A DNA stretch of 64,000 nucleotides from Rhynchobatus australiae. Lineage: Eukaryota. The stretch covers positions 36,752,976-36,816,975 of the forward strand of contig JAUZTB010000027.1 in the NCBI GenBank assembly GCA_034780895.1, read 5' to 3'. Below, piece by piece: positions 35,268-47,365 of the stretch. Below the pieces are notes generated by a model. The model was not told the DNA's origin. It saw nothing but the letters and a program-made list of their open reading frames with translations, and did no database searches. Position 1 is the stretch's first letter, and every line of letters starts with the position of its first letter. The position numbers were made by a program, and so were the translations under genes.

Positions 35268-37145
35268 ATTTGTCCGCATTCGGTCCGTATCCTATGCCTT
35301 GCCTATTTAACTGCCTGTCTCCATGTCTCTTAAAAACAGTGATTGTATCTGACTCCACCACCTTCTCTGGCAGTAAATTTCATACGTCAACCACTCTGTG
35401 TTTAAAAAAAACTTTCCTCTCAAATCCCATTTAAAACTCCTTCCTCTCACTTTAAACCTATGCCCTCTTGATTTTGATACCCTGACTGTGGGAAAAAGAT
35501 TCTATCTACCCTATCCCATGCCTCTTATAATTTTATATACCTCAGTAAGGTCACCCCTTGGCCCCCTTCACTCCAGGGAAAACAAGCACAGCCTGTCCAA
35601 TTTCTCCCCATAACTAAGGTCCTTCAGTCCAGGCAAAATCTGGGTGAATTTCCTCTGCACTCTCTCCAGCACAACCATACCCTATAGTGTGGAGACCAGA
35701 ACAGTACACAGTACTCCAGGTGCAATCTAATCAGAGTTTTGTAAACATAGCATCCCAACTTTTACATTCTGTGCCCTGACATATGCCTTCTTCACCCCCT
35801 ATCTACCTATGTTGCCACTTTCAGGGAACTCTTGACGTGAACCCCAAAGTCCCTCTGTTCATCAACATCTCTTAGCACCCTACCATTTACAGGATTAAAT
35901 TCCACCTGCCAGCACTTTGCCCAACTTTCCATCTCATCTATATCCTGCTGAATCCTTGGACAACATACTTGGAAGTAATCATACTTCCTCCTTTCACATC
36001 CAAATCATTAATATTACAAGGGTTCCAGCAATACACCACTGGTCACTGATTTCCAATCATAAAAGCATCCTCCTACCATTACCTTCTGCCTCCCAAGCCA
36101 ATTTTAGATCCAATTAGTCAGCCCACTTAGTATCCCATGTGGTTTAACATTCTGGACCATGCAGGACCTTGCAAAATACCTTACTAATGTCCATGTAGAC
36201 AACGTCTATCATTCTGCCTTCATTAATCATCCTAGTCACCTCCTCAAAAAAATCAAATACGACATCTATATTGGTCACATGTACGTTGAAACACACAGTG
36301 AAATGCACTTTTTGCATTGAGTGTTCTGGGGGCAGCCCACACGTGTCACCAACATAGCATGCCCACAACTTCCTAACCCGGACATCTTTGGAATGTGGGA
36401 GGAAACCGGAGCATGTACAAATTCTTTACAGACGGGCTAGAATTGAACCCGGGTCACTGGTGCTGTAATAGCGTTACACTAACTGCTACACTACCGTGCC
36501 TGACAGGATTTCCTCTGCACAAAGCCACACTGACTATCCTTTATCAGCCCCTGCCTTTCCAAACATACATAAATCTTAGTCCTCGGGATTTCCTTGAATA
36601 TTTTCCCTGCCCGACATGAGGCTCACCAGCCTGTGCTTACCCGGCGTATCATTGTTGCCCTTCGTAAATAAAGAAATAAGATTAGCTACCCTCCAATCTT
36701 CTGGCAACTCATCTGTGGCTAATGAAAGTGCAAAAACCTTGGTCTGGTCCCCAGCTATCTCCTCCCTTGCTTCCCATTGCAACTTGGGATAGGTCTCGTG
36801 GCCCTTATGTGTCCCATAATATCTAACACCTCCTCCTCCCATTGACTATTTGGAGGCTGACAGTACAACCCCAGAATAGTGATCATCCCTCTCTTATTAT
36901 TTTCTACCCATATGGCCACATTGGATGATCCATCCAGGACATATTCCTAAGCAATGCCGTTATATTTTCCTTCATCAATAGGATGACTCCCCTCACCTTT
37001 TGCATTCTCCTCTATCATTTCTGAAACTTCTATACCCCAGAATATTAAGTTGCCAATCCTTCCCTTCCCTCAATCACATTTCCATTACTGTGATATCATA
37101 ATTCCAAGCACTGATCCGTGCTCGAAGATCATCTGACTTGCCTGT
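35268..37145 (-). mobile_element. CR1 LINE ORF2 remnant (APE endonuclease + RT + 3' end, internal deletions) with nested SINE
   Basis: Endonuclease-like segment (..REGKDWQLNILGYR..) at ~36850-37100, LPEDWRVAN at ~36700, FFEEVTRMINEGRMIDVVYMDISK at ~36180-36250, and the 3' end toward 35270. Confidence 0.9.
36262..36500 (-). mobile_element. V-SINE (internally deleted) nested in CR1
   Basis: Same head and tail as the 19011 and 20410 copies. Confidence 0.85.
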
Positions 37146-37554
37146 GTAAATGTGATCTACCAGTTTTCCCCAGGGATACAAACTGAGACAGACATTAACT
37201 GTTGCAGGTCGATCATCAACTGGGTGAAAGACACACTTTTATCTGCCACTGAAGTGTGTCTTTTATTTCAAAACTGTACTTTATTCATAATAGATTCCTG
37301 GAAAGAAATTATTCCATAGTTGCCTCTCTGGTCTCCTTCATTCAGCGTCATTATTGCAATATTCGCTGTTTCTCTTAATTGTCTCTTACTTCTTATCCTT
37401 CTCGCAACTTATATACCAACCACCTCCACTACCAATCTTCAGTCCATCATCTGCTCTCTAGTCCTTCTCATTGATCTTTTTATTCATCAATTCAAACATG
37501 TCAATGGCAGGGCCAGCATTTATATCCATCCCATCCTTGAGGTGGTGTTGGAGA

Positions 37555-37680
37555 CACGCGAGACTGCAGATGCTGGAATCTGGAGCATCTGCTGGAGGAA
37601 CTCAGCGGGTCGGGCAGCATCTGTGAGGGGAAAGGAATGGTCAACGTTTCGAGTTGAAACCCGAAATCGGGACTGGGGTG
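37555..37680. mobile_element. Penelope-derived terminal-repeat fragment
   Basis: actgcagatgctggaatc...tgctggaggaactcagcgggtcgggcagcatctgtg...aacgtttcgagttgaaaccc. A related fragment lies at ~28115-28190. Confidence 0.7.
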
Positions 37681-39229
37681 GCGCTTCTGCCTCGAGTGGC
37701 AGTCAGTGATCAGAGGGCAGATTGTGCTCCACAACTGTGCTGCTCTGTGATACAAGTCTTCCAAGACTTTTCTCAAATTCATTTGCATATCAAGTGCAAA
37801 ATCAATAATGAGTTTGCACAATTGGAAGCACTTTAAAAGGCAATTTTCAAAAGTTTGCGTCAAAGCCCACAATATTTTTAAGCTTGCATTAGTGCATTTT
37901 GATTAACACAGCTAAAGACTGATAAATCACAAAAAGTATGCAACTTTAAACACAGTGTTAATCCACAAGTTCTGAATATCTTGACTTTGGATGACTGAAA
38001 AAAAAGCTTAAAGTACTTAGAACTATTTGCTAGTTATATTAGTATCAGTTTCTTCATATATTACAGATTTCATTTTAGACTTTTAAAATATGCTCAATCA
38101 CGCATTGGTGGCAAAAAAAAGTACCTTAATTTTCAAACACTCCATGAAGATCAGCATACAACAAAATTAACAGAAACTTTCAACAGTCACTAATTTATCC
38201 TGTGTACGTCATGACCAAAACTAAATCCAATAAAATGCAGAAACAAAAATCATGGAAACTCAAATTGCACTGAATTCAACTTGAGATTAAAATTATGCAT
38301 CTTTTTGAGTGTTTCACTGATTTCAGGCATGTTAGGTTGAAAGAAACAGTACAGCTAAGCGGAAACTCTATCCCTTTGTCCCTGCTTGTGCTGTTTGGTG
38401 TTCCACAGGAGGGAGAAAATAGCAAAGAGATCCAGTTGTGAACAGGTTTGAAAAGGAAATAAAAAATGGGGTGCATTGAGATAAGAGCCCATCATTTTTA
38501 AAATCCCATGTTTAGATTTAACACACCGTCAGAAAATCTTGAGATATGGTGCGATTGTGATGGAACGTGCTTTTAATTTTACTGCTAATTTGGATCTCAT
38601 CCTGCAATAGGCTCAGTTTGTCGTCTCTAATAAATGGCAAGAAATGGCTCTGACCACAGTGGAAACAAAACCAGTCAAAAATGCAACATGACAACTCACA
38701 TGGCCCTGTTCTGTCAGAATTTTGAGTACTGCTGCAAAAGTGCCCTGACAGTTTTCTGCAAACCTCGAGCTCTGTTCATCAGCCTGCTGATATCCAAATT
38801 GTCATACTTCCCTTCCCCCTGGGTTTCAGTATCTCAGTTAGGTTTCTTCCTCCTGGTAATATTGAAAATTGTCCTGACAGATGCACTGGACTAGAACTAG
38901 GAAACAATGGTGACCACTGGTGACACACTGTAAACTGGCACATAAACTACAGTTTAAGTGAAATTCACACTAAATGAGCACCATTTTCAATAGCACGTCT
39001 TATTGGCAGGGCCACATCATGCACCACTTCAGTTTTTCGCTGTAAAGCATGATAAATTTTTTAAATTACTTTTATTGGTTGCAGTTGGTCCAAAAGAAAG
39101 TAAGTGTATTTTTTTTAAAGAACATGGTTAACTTATTCTACAAAAGGAATTAAATAACAGAGAGGGGCCAAATGTGTACCTGCTATCCTGTGGGGAAAAG
39201 GCATCATCTAGACCAATGTCAAGACCTGC

Positions 39230-39475
39230 TCTGTAAGGTGAATATAAAAGATCTCAAAATACTATTTCAAAAGACCAGAATTAACATCTCAGTGTCCTGC
39301 CAATATTCTCCCTCAACCAACACCACTAAAGTAGATTATCTGACCATTAGTCGCATTGTATTTGTAGAACCTTGCAAAATGCAAAGGGTCTACAAAGCTT
39401 CCTTTGTTGCAACAATGAGTAAACTTCAAAAGTACATTGTTGTGGAATGCTTTGAGACAGGGTACGAATGAAAAT
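39230..39475 (+). mobile_element. Deu-domain SINE remnant (SacSINE1/AmnSINE1-like)
   Basis: gtgtcctgccaatattctccctcaaccaacaccactaaagtagattatctgacc...acttcaaaagtac, similar to 62680-63045. Confidence 0.6.
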
Positions 39476-42400
39476 CTTTCCTTTTAGAGGGCTATGATCA
39501 GTAAAGTTAGCATTTCTATTCAGCTGAAACTGTGGCACTGGTTGAAACTCACAACTCTGGAGACTCATCTCTCCATTAATTCCCGACACAGCAGACTGTG
39601 TCACTGATTCCTGCACTGATAAAAGTTTCACCCCACTTAATTCATGGATGTACCAAATGAGAAGAGAAGGTGCCCATTCATAGACACAACAAAATTACAA
39701 GATCCTCCTTCCTCCCACTCCAACCTATAAATAAACTGGCCATTCAAATCAAACTTGATAATGCTTAATAAAATAGACTCAGAGTACATGCACTGGCAGT
39801 ACTCCAGGGATCTTTTTAACTATGATCAGTTATGATTAAGGTCACAAATTTAGTCTTGTATGGTTCTATATAATGAGTTTTTTTAAAATAAAAACATCAG
39901 GAAGAAACAACAGGACATACAATAAGACAACTCANNNNNNNNNNNNNNNNNNNNNNNNNNNNNNNNNNNNNNNNNNNNNNNNNNNNNNNNNNNNNNNNNN
40001 NNNNNNNNNNNNNNNNNNNNNNNNNNNNNNNNNNNNNNNNNNNNNNNNNNNNNNNNNNNNNNNNNNNNNNNNNNNNNNNNNNNNNNNNNNNNNNNNNNNN
40101 NNNNNNNNNNNNNNNNNNNNNNNNNNNNNNNNNNNNNNNNNNNNNNNNNNNNNNNNNNNNNNNNNNNNNNNNNNNNNNNNNNNNNNNNNNNNNNNNNNNN
40201 NNNNNNNNNNNNNNNNNNNNNNNNNNNNNNNNNNNNNNNNNNNNNNNNNNNNNNNNNNNNNNNNNNNNNNNNNNNNNNNNNNNNNNNNNNNNNNNNNNNN
40301 NNNNNNNNNNNNNNNNNNNNNNNNNNNNNNNNNNNNNNNNNNNNNNNNNNNNNNNNNNNNNNNNNNNNNNNNNNNNNNNNNNNNNNNNNNNNNNNNNNNN
40401 NNNNNNNNNNNNNNNNNNNNNNNNNNNNNNNNNNNNNNNNNNNNNNNNNNNNNNNNNNNNNNNNNNNNNNNNNNNNNNNNNNNNNNNNNNNNNNNNNNNN
40501 NNNNNNNNNNNNNNNNNNNNNNNNNNNNNNNNNNNNNNNNNNNNNNNNNNNNNNNNNNNNNNNNNNNNNNNNNNNNNNNNTGGATAGTTGTTCCCGCCAG
40601 AACTAACAGTCATTGTGCTGCCTCTTCGGAAGTGAGTCAGCACAGCACCATAAAACAACTGCTGTGGAGGTAAGAGGAACGAAAGGATGGGCTGGTCCCA
40701 TGGGCTGCTATGCCAGCCTCAAGCAATGGACTCACAGCGCTGGTGATCGAGCATTTTAAACTGAGGTGCATAATATAACTTTGCTGTGATCTTTATGATG
40801 CCTGTGGACAAAACTGAAGCACGGGAAAACAATCTGTGAAGAAAACATCAATGTCCTCTTCAGCTTGCATCCCTTTACCAACTTTCTGTGGGGTTTGCTC
40901 CTTCTGTTACAATGACTTTAAATCGCAGGTCATGGGTTGCACCTCTGCAAGACAATTTCCTTCAGTAAACGTGAAACGGGCACTGCACACAAGATGGCGT
41001 CCCAGGAAGTGTGCCTGACCTTGGGCAAATGTTATCCCTGTTAAAGCCAATTGGGCCAGTTTCCCAACGGTTGTTGATCAACTTAGAAATTATCACCAGT
41101 GCACAGAATAGCTTTTATGTTTAAACTGTGACTAAAAAGGTATGCATATAGGTCCAATTTTAAGGGTCATGTTCCTAATATAATCTCCAATTTTAAGATA
41201 AGCAGTTTAGTGGAATTATTACATGCTTTCCTAAGGTGAAAATTAACCATTTTAGAATTTGGATGATTATAATGGATTGCTAGAAAGGGTTTTGAGGGTA
41301 CCAATTGGTCTCACCATAACTTCTGATTGTAGAGGGAATATCTATTTGGGTGTTTCCATTTAGGCTACAATGAAAGGCCAGAAGTTGCCCCATGGAATCT
41401 CCAACATACCTACACCCACACTCCTTCCCCCACCTTCCAACACTCCTGTCCATCAATGCCTCTTCAATGATCTTGGCTTCACAGACCCCTAATGATGCTC
41501 TGGGGCTATGTAGCAGCTGTGGGATGATTAACTTCTTTCCAAGTATTCGTATTGAAAAGATAGTGTTTGCAAGCCATTAATTCCAGATGGCAATGTCCTT
41601 TCAAATGCATTTTACAGCTTGCTGCAGTTACAATGGACACTCGATTGTGCTCAGTGGTTGCTGTGACAGAATTTATAAGGAGAAAGTTAGCAAAAATTAA
41701 TATAAAGTGCTCAGTCTGTAAAATTGGATCACCAATTTCATACTTCATTTCAGTAAAGTTGTGAAAAGCCAAGGAATGTTCTGTAACACTTTACACAATC
41801 TTACCATTGGATATTCAAATCAGAATGAATTTGGTTGAATAGCTATCGTTGCACTGAGCTGGTTGTGTATGGCGTCCATTAACTCAGCGTAAGGAAGTTG
41901 TGAATACTTTCCCCATGGAACCTTAACAAGAGATGTCCTTCTCGTTGTGTTACCCCAGGGGAAATCCAAAAATTCACTATTCTAAACATGGTTACATTTA
42001 GATTTACTCTTAATATTAACAAGAAGGTATAAGAGACACTCATTTAGTTTATCACCATGGTGATTACATGTCAAGCCAGTAGTTTTAAAGTATTGGCTGC
42101 AATGCCCAAAGCAATAATACTATTTGAGAGTGAAAGTACTTTTAAAATGAAGTTCAGCTTCTGCAGTTTAGCCATAAGGAATAGCTGTACATTAAACTGC
42201 CAGGATTTTATTATTGTTATTTATAAACTTTGTGCATTTACTGTCAGCTGGCTAGCTGTTGCAAATCCAGTTGAGAAAATGCAGGAGGGAGACAAACTGC
42301 ACCCTACCACTGTTTACAATGGATGTGGTGCAAGTTTACACTAGTTTTAATAAGCTTCTTTTCTTTAAATCGTCTCCCATTTTCCCTTTAGCCAGGCTGA

Positions 42401-42609
42401 TCTGTGGAGTCGGCAGAGTTGACATCTTTTCTGTTTGTGAGGTTGTTAACTCTGGTTTAACATGTTCCTGGTGTTCCATTAGATTACTGCTAGCCCCAAT
42501 CCTTCCCAACCAATAAAAGCCCCCATCCCCGATGTTTTAGTAAGTGATCAACAAAACCGGTCCTGTAATCTCACCCTTGGGTTTCCCACAACAAAATACA
42601 CAAGACAGC

Positions 42610-42990
42610 AGGCACATTGGCATTGTGGCTAAATTCCTGAACTAGCAAGTCTGATCCAATGATCTAAAACAGGAGTTCAAATCTCACCACAGGAATTGGA
42701 GAACTAAATTTCACTAATCAGGTAAATCTAGAATTCTAAAATAAAACTGATTCAGTAATGATGACCATGAAATTACTGAATTGTTGTAAGAACTCACCAA
42801 GTTTATAAATCTCTTATAGAGAGGGAAGTCTGATCTAGCCTGGCCTAACATCACCTACGTGACTCCAGATCCACAGCAATGACTTTGACCCTTAACTGCC
42901 CCCCGAAATGGCATATCGAGCCTCACAACTTTATGGGCAATGGGGAATGGGAAACAAATGCTGACTTTGCCAGTGACACTCACATCCTAC
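42610..42990 (+). mobile_element. Old tRNA-derived SINE with L2-like tail
   Basis: B-box gagttcaaatctcacc, body gatgaccatgaa...gtgactccaga...cttaactgccc, and tail gctgactttgccagtgacactcacatcc shared with the LINE end at ~59760-59790. An antisense relative lies at ~47530-47870. Confidence 0.65.
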
Positions 42991-44174
42991 AAATAAATTA
43001 CAAACCTTTTAATTTCAGGAGACTCCCAGATCCTCCAGAGACCTTCCAATCGCCTTCTTGGTATGTTTTCTTTGGACCACATTGCATGTTGTGTAAATTT
43101 ACCAAGACCCAGTGCAAAAGAAATAAAGTGTTTGGGTAACAGCAAGCAGCAGTAAAGTGTACAATGCGCTGCTTGTTGCTTAGTGTCAGAGATACGAAGC
43201 AAAAAACATGCACTTTCCCAAGACATTACTAAAACACTGTGATGTAAAGTTGGTTCTTTTGTTTCAGCATAAATCAGCTGCTTGATCAGAAATAAAGATC
43301 TTTCTCCAGGGCCTCACTTTTCACCCACCACCCCCCCCCCCCCCACCCTTTCGGAAACAACCTCATGTGAACATTTCAGGAATGCACTACGTTCCCAGAG
43401 AAATGTATCTTATCCCAATAATGGAGGGAATGGCATTTCCTCTCCAGGGCCAGGGTTCTCCAGGGTTACCTTTGCTATTTAGTAATGAGCTCACAAGCAC
43501 AACATACAAGTAAATTAAAGACACGCAGGTCCTCCCACAACCCAACCCAATAACTTCATATCCACTTACAGATTTTATAAGGCTTGAGAAGACATTTGTG
43601 GATTGGGAGAATCATGTTACAGGGTAGGATTTTATAGGTCACTGGAACCCTTGAGTACAGAATGATCCTCATATCACTTTCTCCATCACAGAAATCATTT
43701 AATATATTGTTTGTGTGCTGATCATGAGATACAACTAAAACAAAACATGAAAGACTGCACACTACTTGCTGGGTTATCACCATGATCCTCAATTATGCAT
43801 TATGTATAATGTTAGTTTTATATTCATATGCTATGGTCTGAGATGAAGTATTTTAAAAGGTGCCACCATCTGTCTCTTAAGCACATACCAATCTGTTTTA
43901 GGGGAAGGGGAAGCTGCGGAGTTGTACTGATAGGCCTGTATTCAGTTATAGTGGTGCTCAGATATCAGTCCATTCTGTTGTGTGGCAAGTAATTGCCTTG
44001 GCCAAAATTCAGCTGTTGAGCAAGGAGCTCACTGGGAGCATACTGAAACCCCAAGCACAGGCAGGAACACAGTAGGTAGGGGAGGGAGATGGTGGTGGAG
44101 ACAAAAATGGAATGAAAAGGTAACCGAAACTCAACTCACGTGAATGGAAAGTGGAGTCTAGGCGACACAGAAAT

Positions 44175-44475
44175 GTAGCTGTCGCATGGCTCCAGGGAAC
44201 GAGGTTCAATTCTGACCTCCAATGCTGTCTACGTGGAGTTTGCCCATTCTCCTTATGACCTTGTGAACTACCCCAGGGGCTCCACTTTCCTTCCACATCC
44301 CAATGTTGGTTGATAGGTTAATTGGCCACTGTAAATTACCTCTAGTGTAGGTGGATGGTGGGAGAATTAAGGGTTGTTCATGGGCATGTGAGGGAGAGTA
44401 GGTGGCAAGGATTGATGGGATTGCTCTGAGAGCTGGCATATGCTTGATGGGCCCAATAGCCTCTTTCTATATCAC
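44175..44475 (+). mobile_element. V-SINE
   Basis: ggttcaattctgacc...gtggagtttgcccattctcc...ggttaattggccactgtaaatt...gatgggcccaatagcctc. Confidence 0.8.
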
Positions 44476-46534
44476 AGGAAATGTACAAGAATATGCAGCA
44501 GATGTATAACTTGTTTTGTAGAGGGAGGCCTGTCATTTGACTATTTTGATAACAGCCTAACAGTTTTAATTTACAGCCTACAGACAGAGTCTCCCAGGGC
44601 TGAGGTAATTTGGTTCTGAAAGGAAAAGTATGAGCAGGTCTGATAAGTAATTCTCCTTCCCGCATTGTGCTGGCACCTGGAAGAACAAATGTGCTTCCCA
44701 CTACTTCCCAGTGATCCCCACCCCTCAACACCATCCCCAATGCCACCTCCCTCCACCAAAACTAACCTTCCCTCCCTTCGATACAAGCCTGTGATCAGAC
44801 ACTCAGCCACAATCAGGAAGCACCCCCCCCTACTGTAGGCCCACAGTCTCCTTTTTGGACCCCCTGCATCCACACCAGCAACACTCGCTACCAACTACCA
44901 GCAGCTGCTAATGTCCTTCCAGCACACCATGTCCAGCAACCCATTATCTCACAGACACCCCCATTCCCCAAGCTTCTCTCCACTCCCTGGTGCCACAGGA
45001 GTCCCACCCAACAGTCAGCCAAGCCTGGCTATCTGGAGGCTGTGAAAACAAGCCAAAAAAATTTAAAAGCAGGTGCTGGTGCTAAGGACTCCTGAGAAAT
45101 GTGAAATTCTGGGCCTTGTGACTGCCCCAGCTCCCTGGATATTTTGCTTGTCAGGACAGTCCATGGTAAGGAGAGCAAATGGTAAATCCAGAGCATTGTA
45201 CTTGGACTCCTTGGGTAGCCGAAACTATTTGGCCAGAGTAGTCAGGTTTGATTTCCGATCCATGTTGTGCTAGTGCAGGACAATGATGGGACATGACAGA
45301 GACACGGGAGGACGGAAAAAAAAAAATCAGGTTCCTGCTTCGTACTTCTGTTCAACTGTCCTAGCTGCACATGTTTTGCACACACTGGATTACAAATGGA
45401 TCATATCTAGTTGTGATGCCCCTTGAATTCCACTGCCTACCACCATTCACACATTAACAAATGGGCAAGGTAGCATCGGGTAAGTTATATTCACAGCTGC
45501 TGTACATAAGACTAGAAATAAGACTGGGAAGAAGTAAAGTGATGATGATAAATCACCTAGGAGCACAAGACATAGTCCTTCCATCCCACCAAACGTTGCC
45601 AGAAAACACCTTCGGCATGAACGCAGGCTGAAGGAATCATGGAGCTGAAGAGATTTGAGAATTATCTGTGCTGTAAAATTTGTTCACGTCTCCTTCCCTT
45701 GTATTATTCGAGAATCTGATTGGACTGACTTGGCGGCAGCACGAGCTGATCTTCAGAAAGGGATGGGTGCAAAACCATTTGTGGCAGGAGGGGGTTAAAA
45801 ATCTCAGATTCTGGTAAATCTACAATAGGAATGCACAATGACAAGAGATCTTGTCCACTACACATCCTTCCTTCCCCCTCACCCACCCTCCCACAAAGAC
45901 GTACTCATCTCAGGGCATGCGAACCACTAGCTTTTACCGAGTTAGCTGGGACATAATGCAATCTAATATTACTCTGTTGTTGCATCCATAAAACACTGTT
46001 AGGCATTTCTGTTAATAGCCAAATTTAATTTGCAGAAGTCTGCATCCACTCCATCACTTCCATCCGACCGTTGTGCCAGTCAGAGGACAGTCAAGGATAA
46101 GTGAAGAGATAATGCAACCTTTTAATAGGCCACTGTGTATCTCATTATCTCCAAATTCAGCACAATTGAAATCCAGCCCCCCTGTGGCCCTTCCAAGCTG
46201 AGGAAGGTAGTTCCATTTAAATGGAGATACTTGCTCCTGGGCTTTTTGCTCCCTCCTAAATATCAATGACTTCGTCAGCATGCACAAGGCTATTAAGAGT
46301 CTCCGGGAGAGGATAGCAAGTACAGCAACCGGCTCATTTACAACATTGGAACCGACAACACCTGTCGCTGTTACATGAAAATTCCTCAAAATGTGTTCGT
46401 ATCAACCTCATCCAGTTGAAGCGTAACCGGAAGAAATCTGCAAGCACAGGGGTCCTGTGGTCCGAGAAGTTAAAGCACAACGTTAGCGGCTTTAAAGTGA
46501 GATTCCGACCAACAGTAACAGGGCTCACAGCTTT

Positions 46535-47030
46535 TACTGTTCTTCTTAAGCAGTCCTTTGGGATCGATGGTGATTTGCTTCCATTCCAGTTCTGTGGGTT
46601 CTGACCTGGCTGTCGAGGCCCTGCAGACTCTGCCACAGGTGGGACAGGAAGTGATCGATGGGGAAAGGCGGGTGGGTCCTTGGGGAGGTGTTGCGCCCCT
46701 TCCCCGATTTGCAATGGGCTTCCAGGTGTTCTTAAAGAGATGCAAAATTCTCAAAACCTTCCCACACGTTTCTCCTCCACTTTGAGGAGTCACAGGCAGT
46801 GATTCTTAAATGCCAATGGCACCATCACATTCTTTCCAGGGGGCTTTGAGAACATCCTTAAATCACTTCCTGTGTCCTGGTAATCTTTTGCCGTGACACT
46901 GCTCCAAACAGAGTTACAGATCAGTTTGGTATTGGGCATGTAAGTGACGTGGCCTGCCCATCGGAGATGGCTGAATGTTATTAGAGCCTCAGTGTTGGGG
47001 ATGTTGGCCTGGGAGAGGATGCTGACGCCT
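46535..47030 (-). mobile_element. RTE-clade LINE 3' fragment
   Basis: The minus-strand ORF contains SCPTCGRVCR (C-terminal Cys motif) and ends ...gatcccaaaggactgcttaagaagaa. Confidence 0.7.
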
Positions 47031-47034
47031 ACTC

Positions 47035-47365
47035 ACAAGGAGCAGTACACTGGCACAAACAGAGCTGCTGCCTCACAGTGCCAGTGACCCGGGTTCAACC
47101 CCGACTTCGGATCCTTGTCTGCGTGGAGTTTGCGCATTCTTCCTGTGACAGTGTGGGTTTCCTCTCAAATCCCAAAGATGTGCAGGTTGGTGAGTTAGTT
47201 AGCCACTGCGAATTGCCCCTAGTGTGTCGGTGGGTGGTAGAATCTGGAGGGAATTCATGAGAATGTGGGGAGAATAAAAAAAATGGGATTTTTGACGTTT
47301 TAGTGTAAATGGGTAGTTGACAGTTGATGTGGACTCGATGGCTGAAGGGCCTGTTTCTCTGACTC
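47035..47365 (+). mobile_element. HE1-like V-SINE with CR1-type tail
   Basis: gctgctgcctcacagtgcc...gggttcaacc...gtggagtttgcgcattct...ggctgaagggcctgtttct. Confidence 0.85.

Noticed and set aside
39873-40673. Long ORFs spanning N runs (also 809-1340, 9239-9731, 35053-35434)
   Set aside because: They are open only because N codons hide stops.
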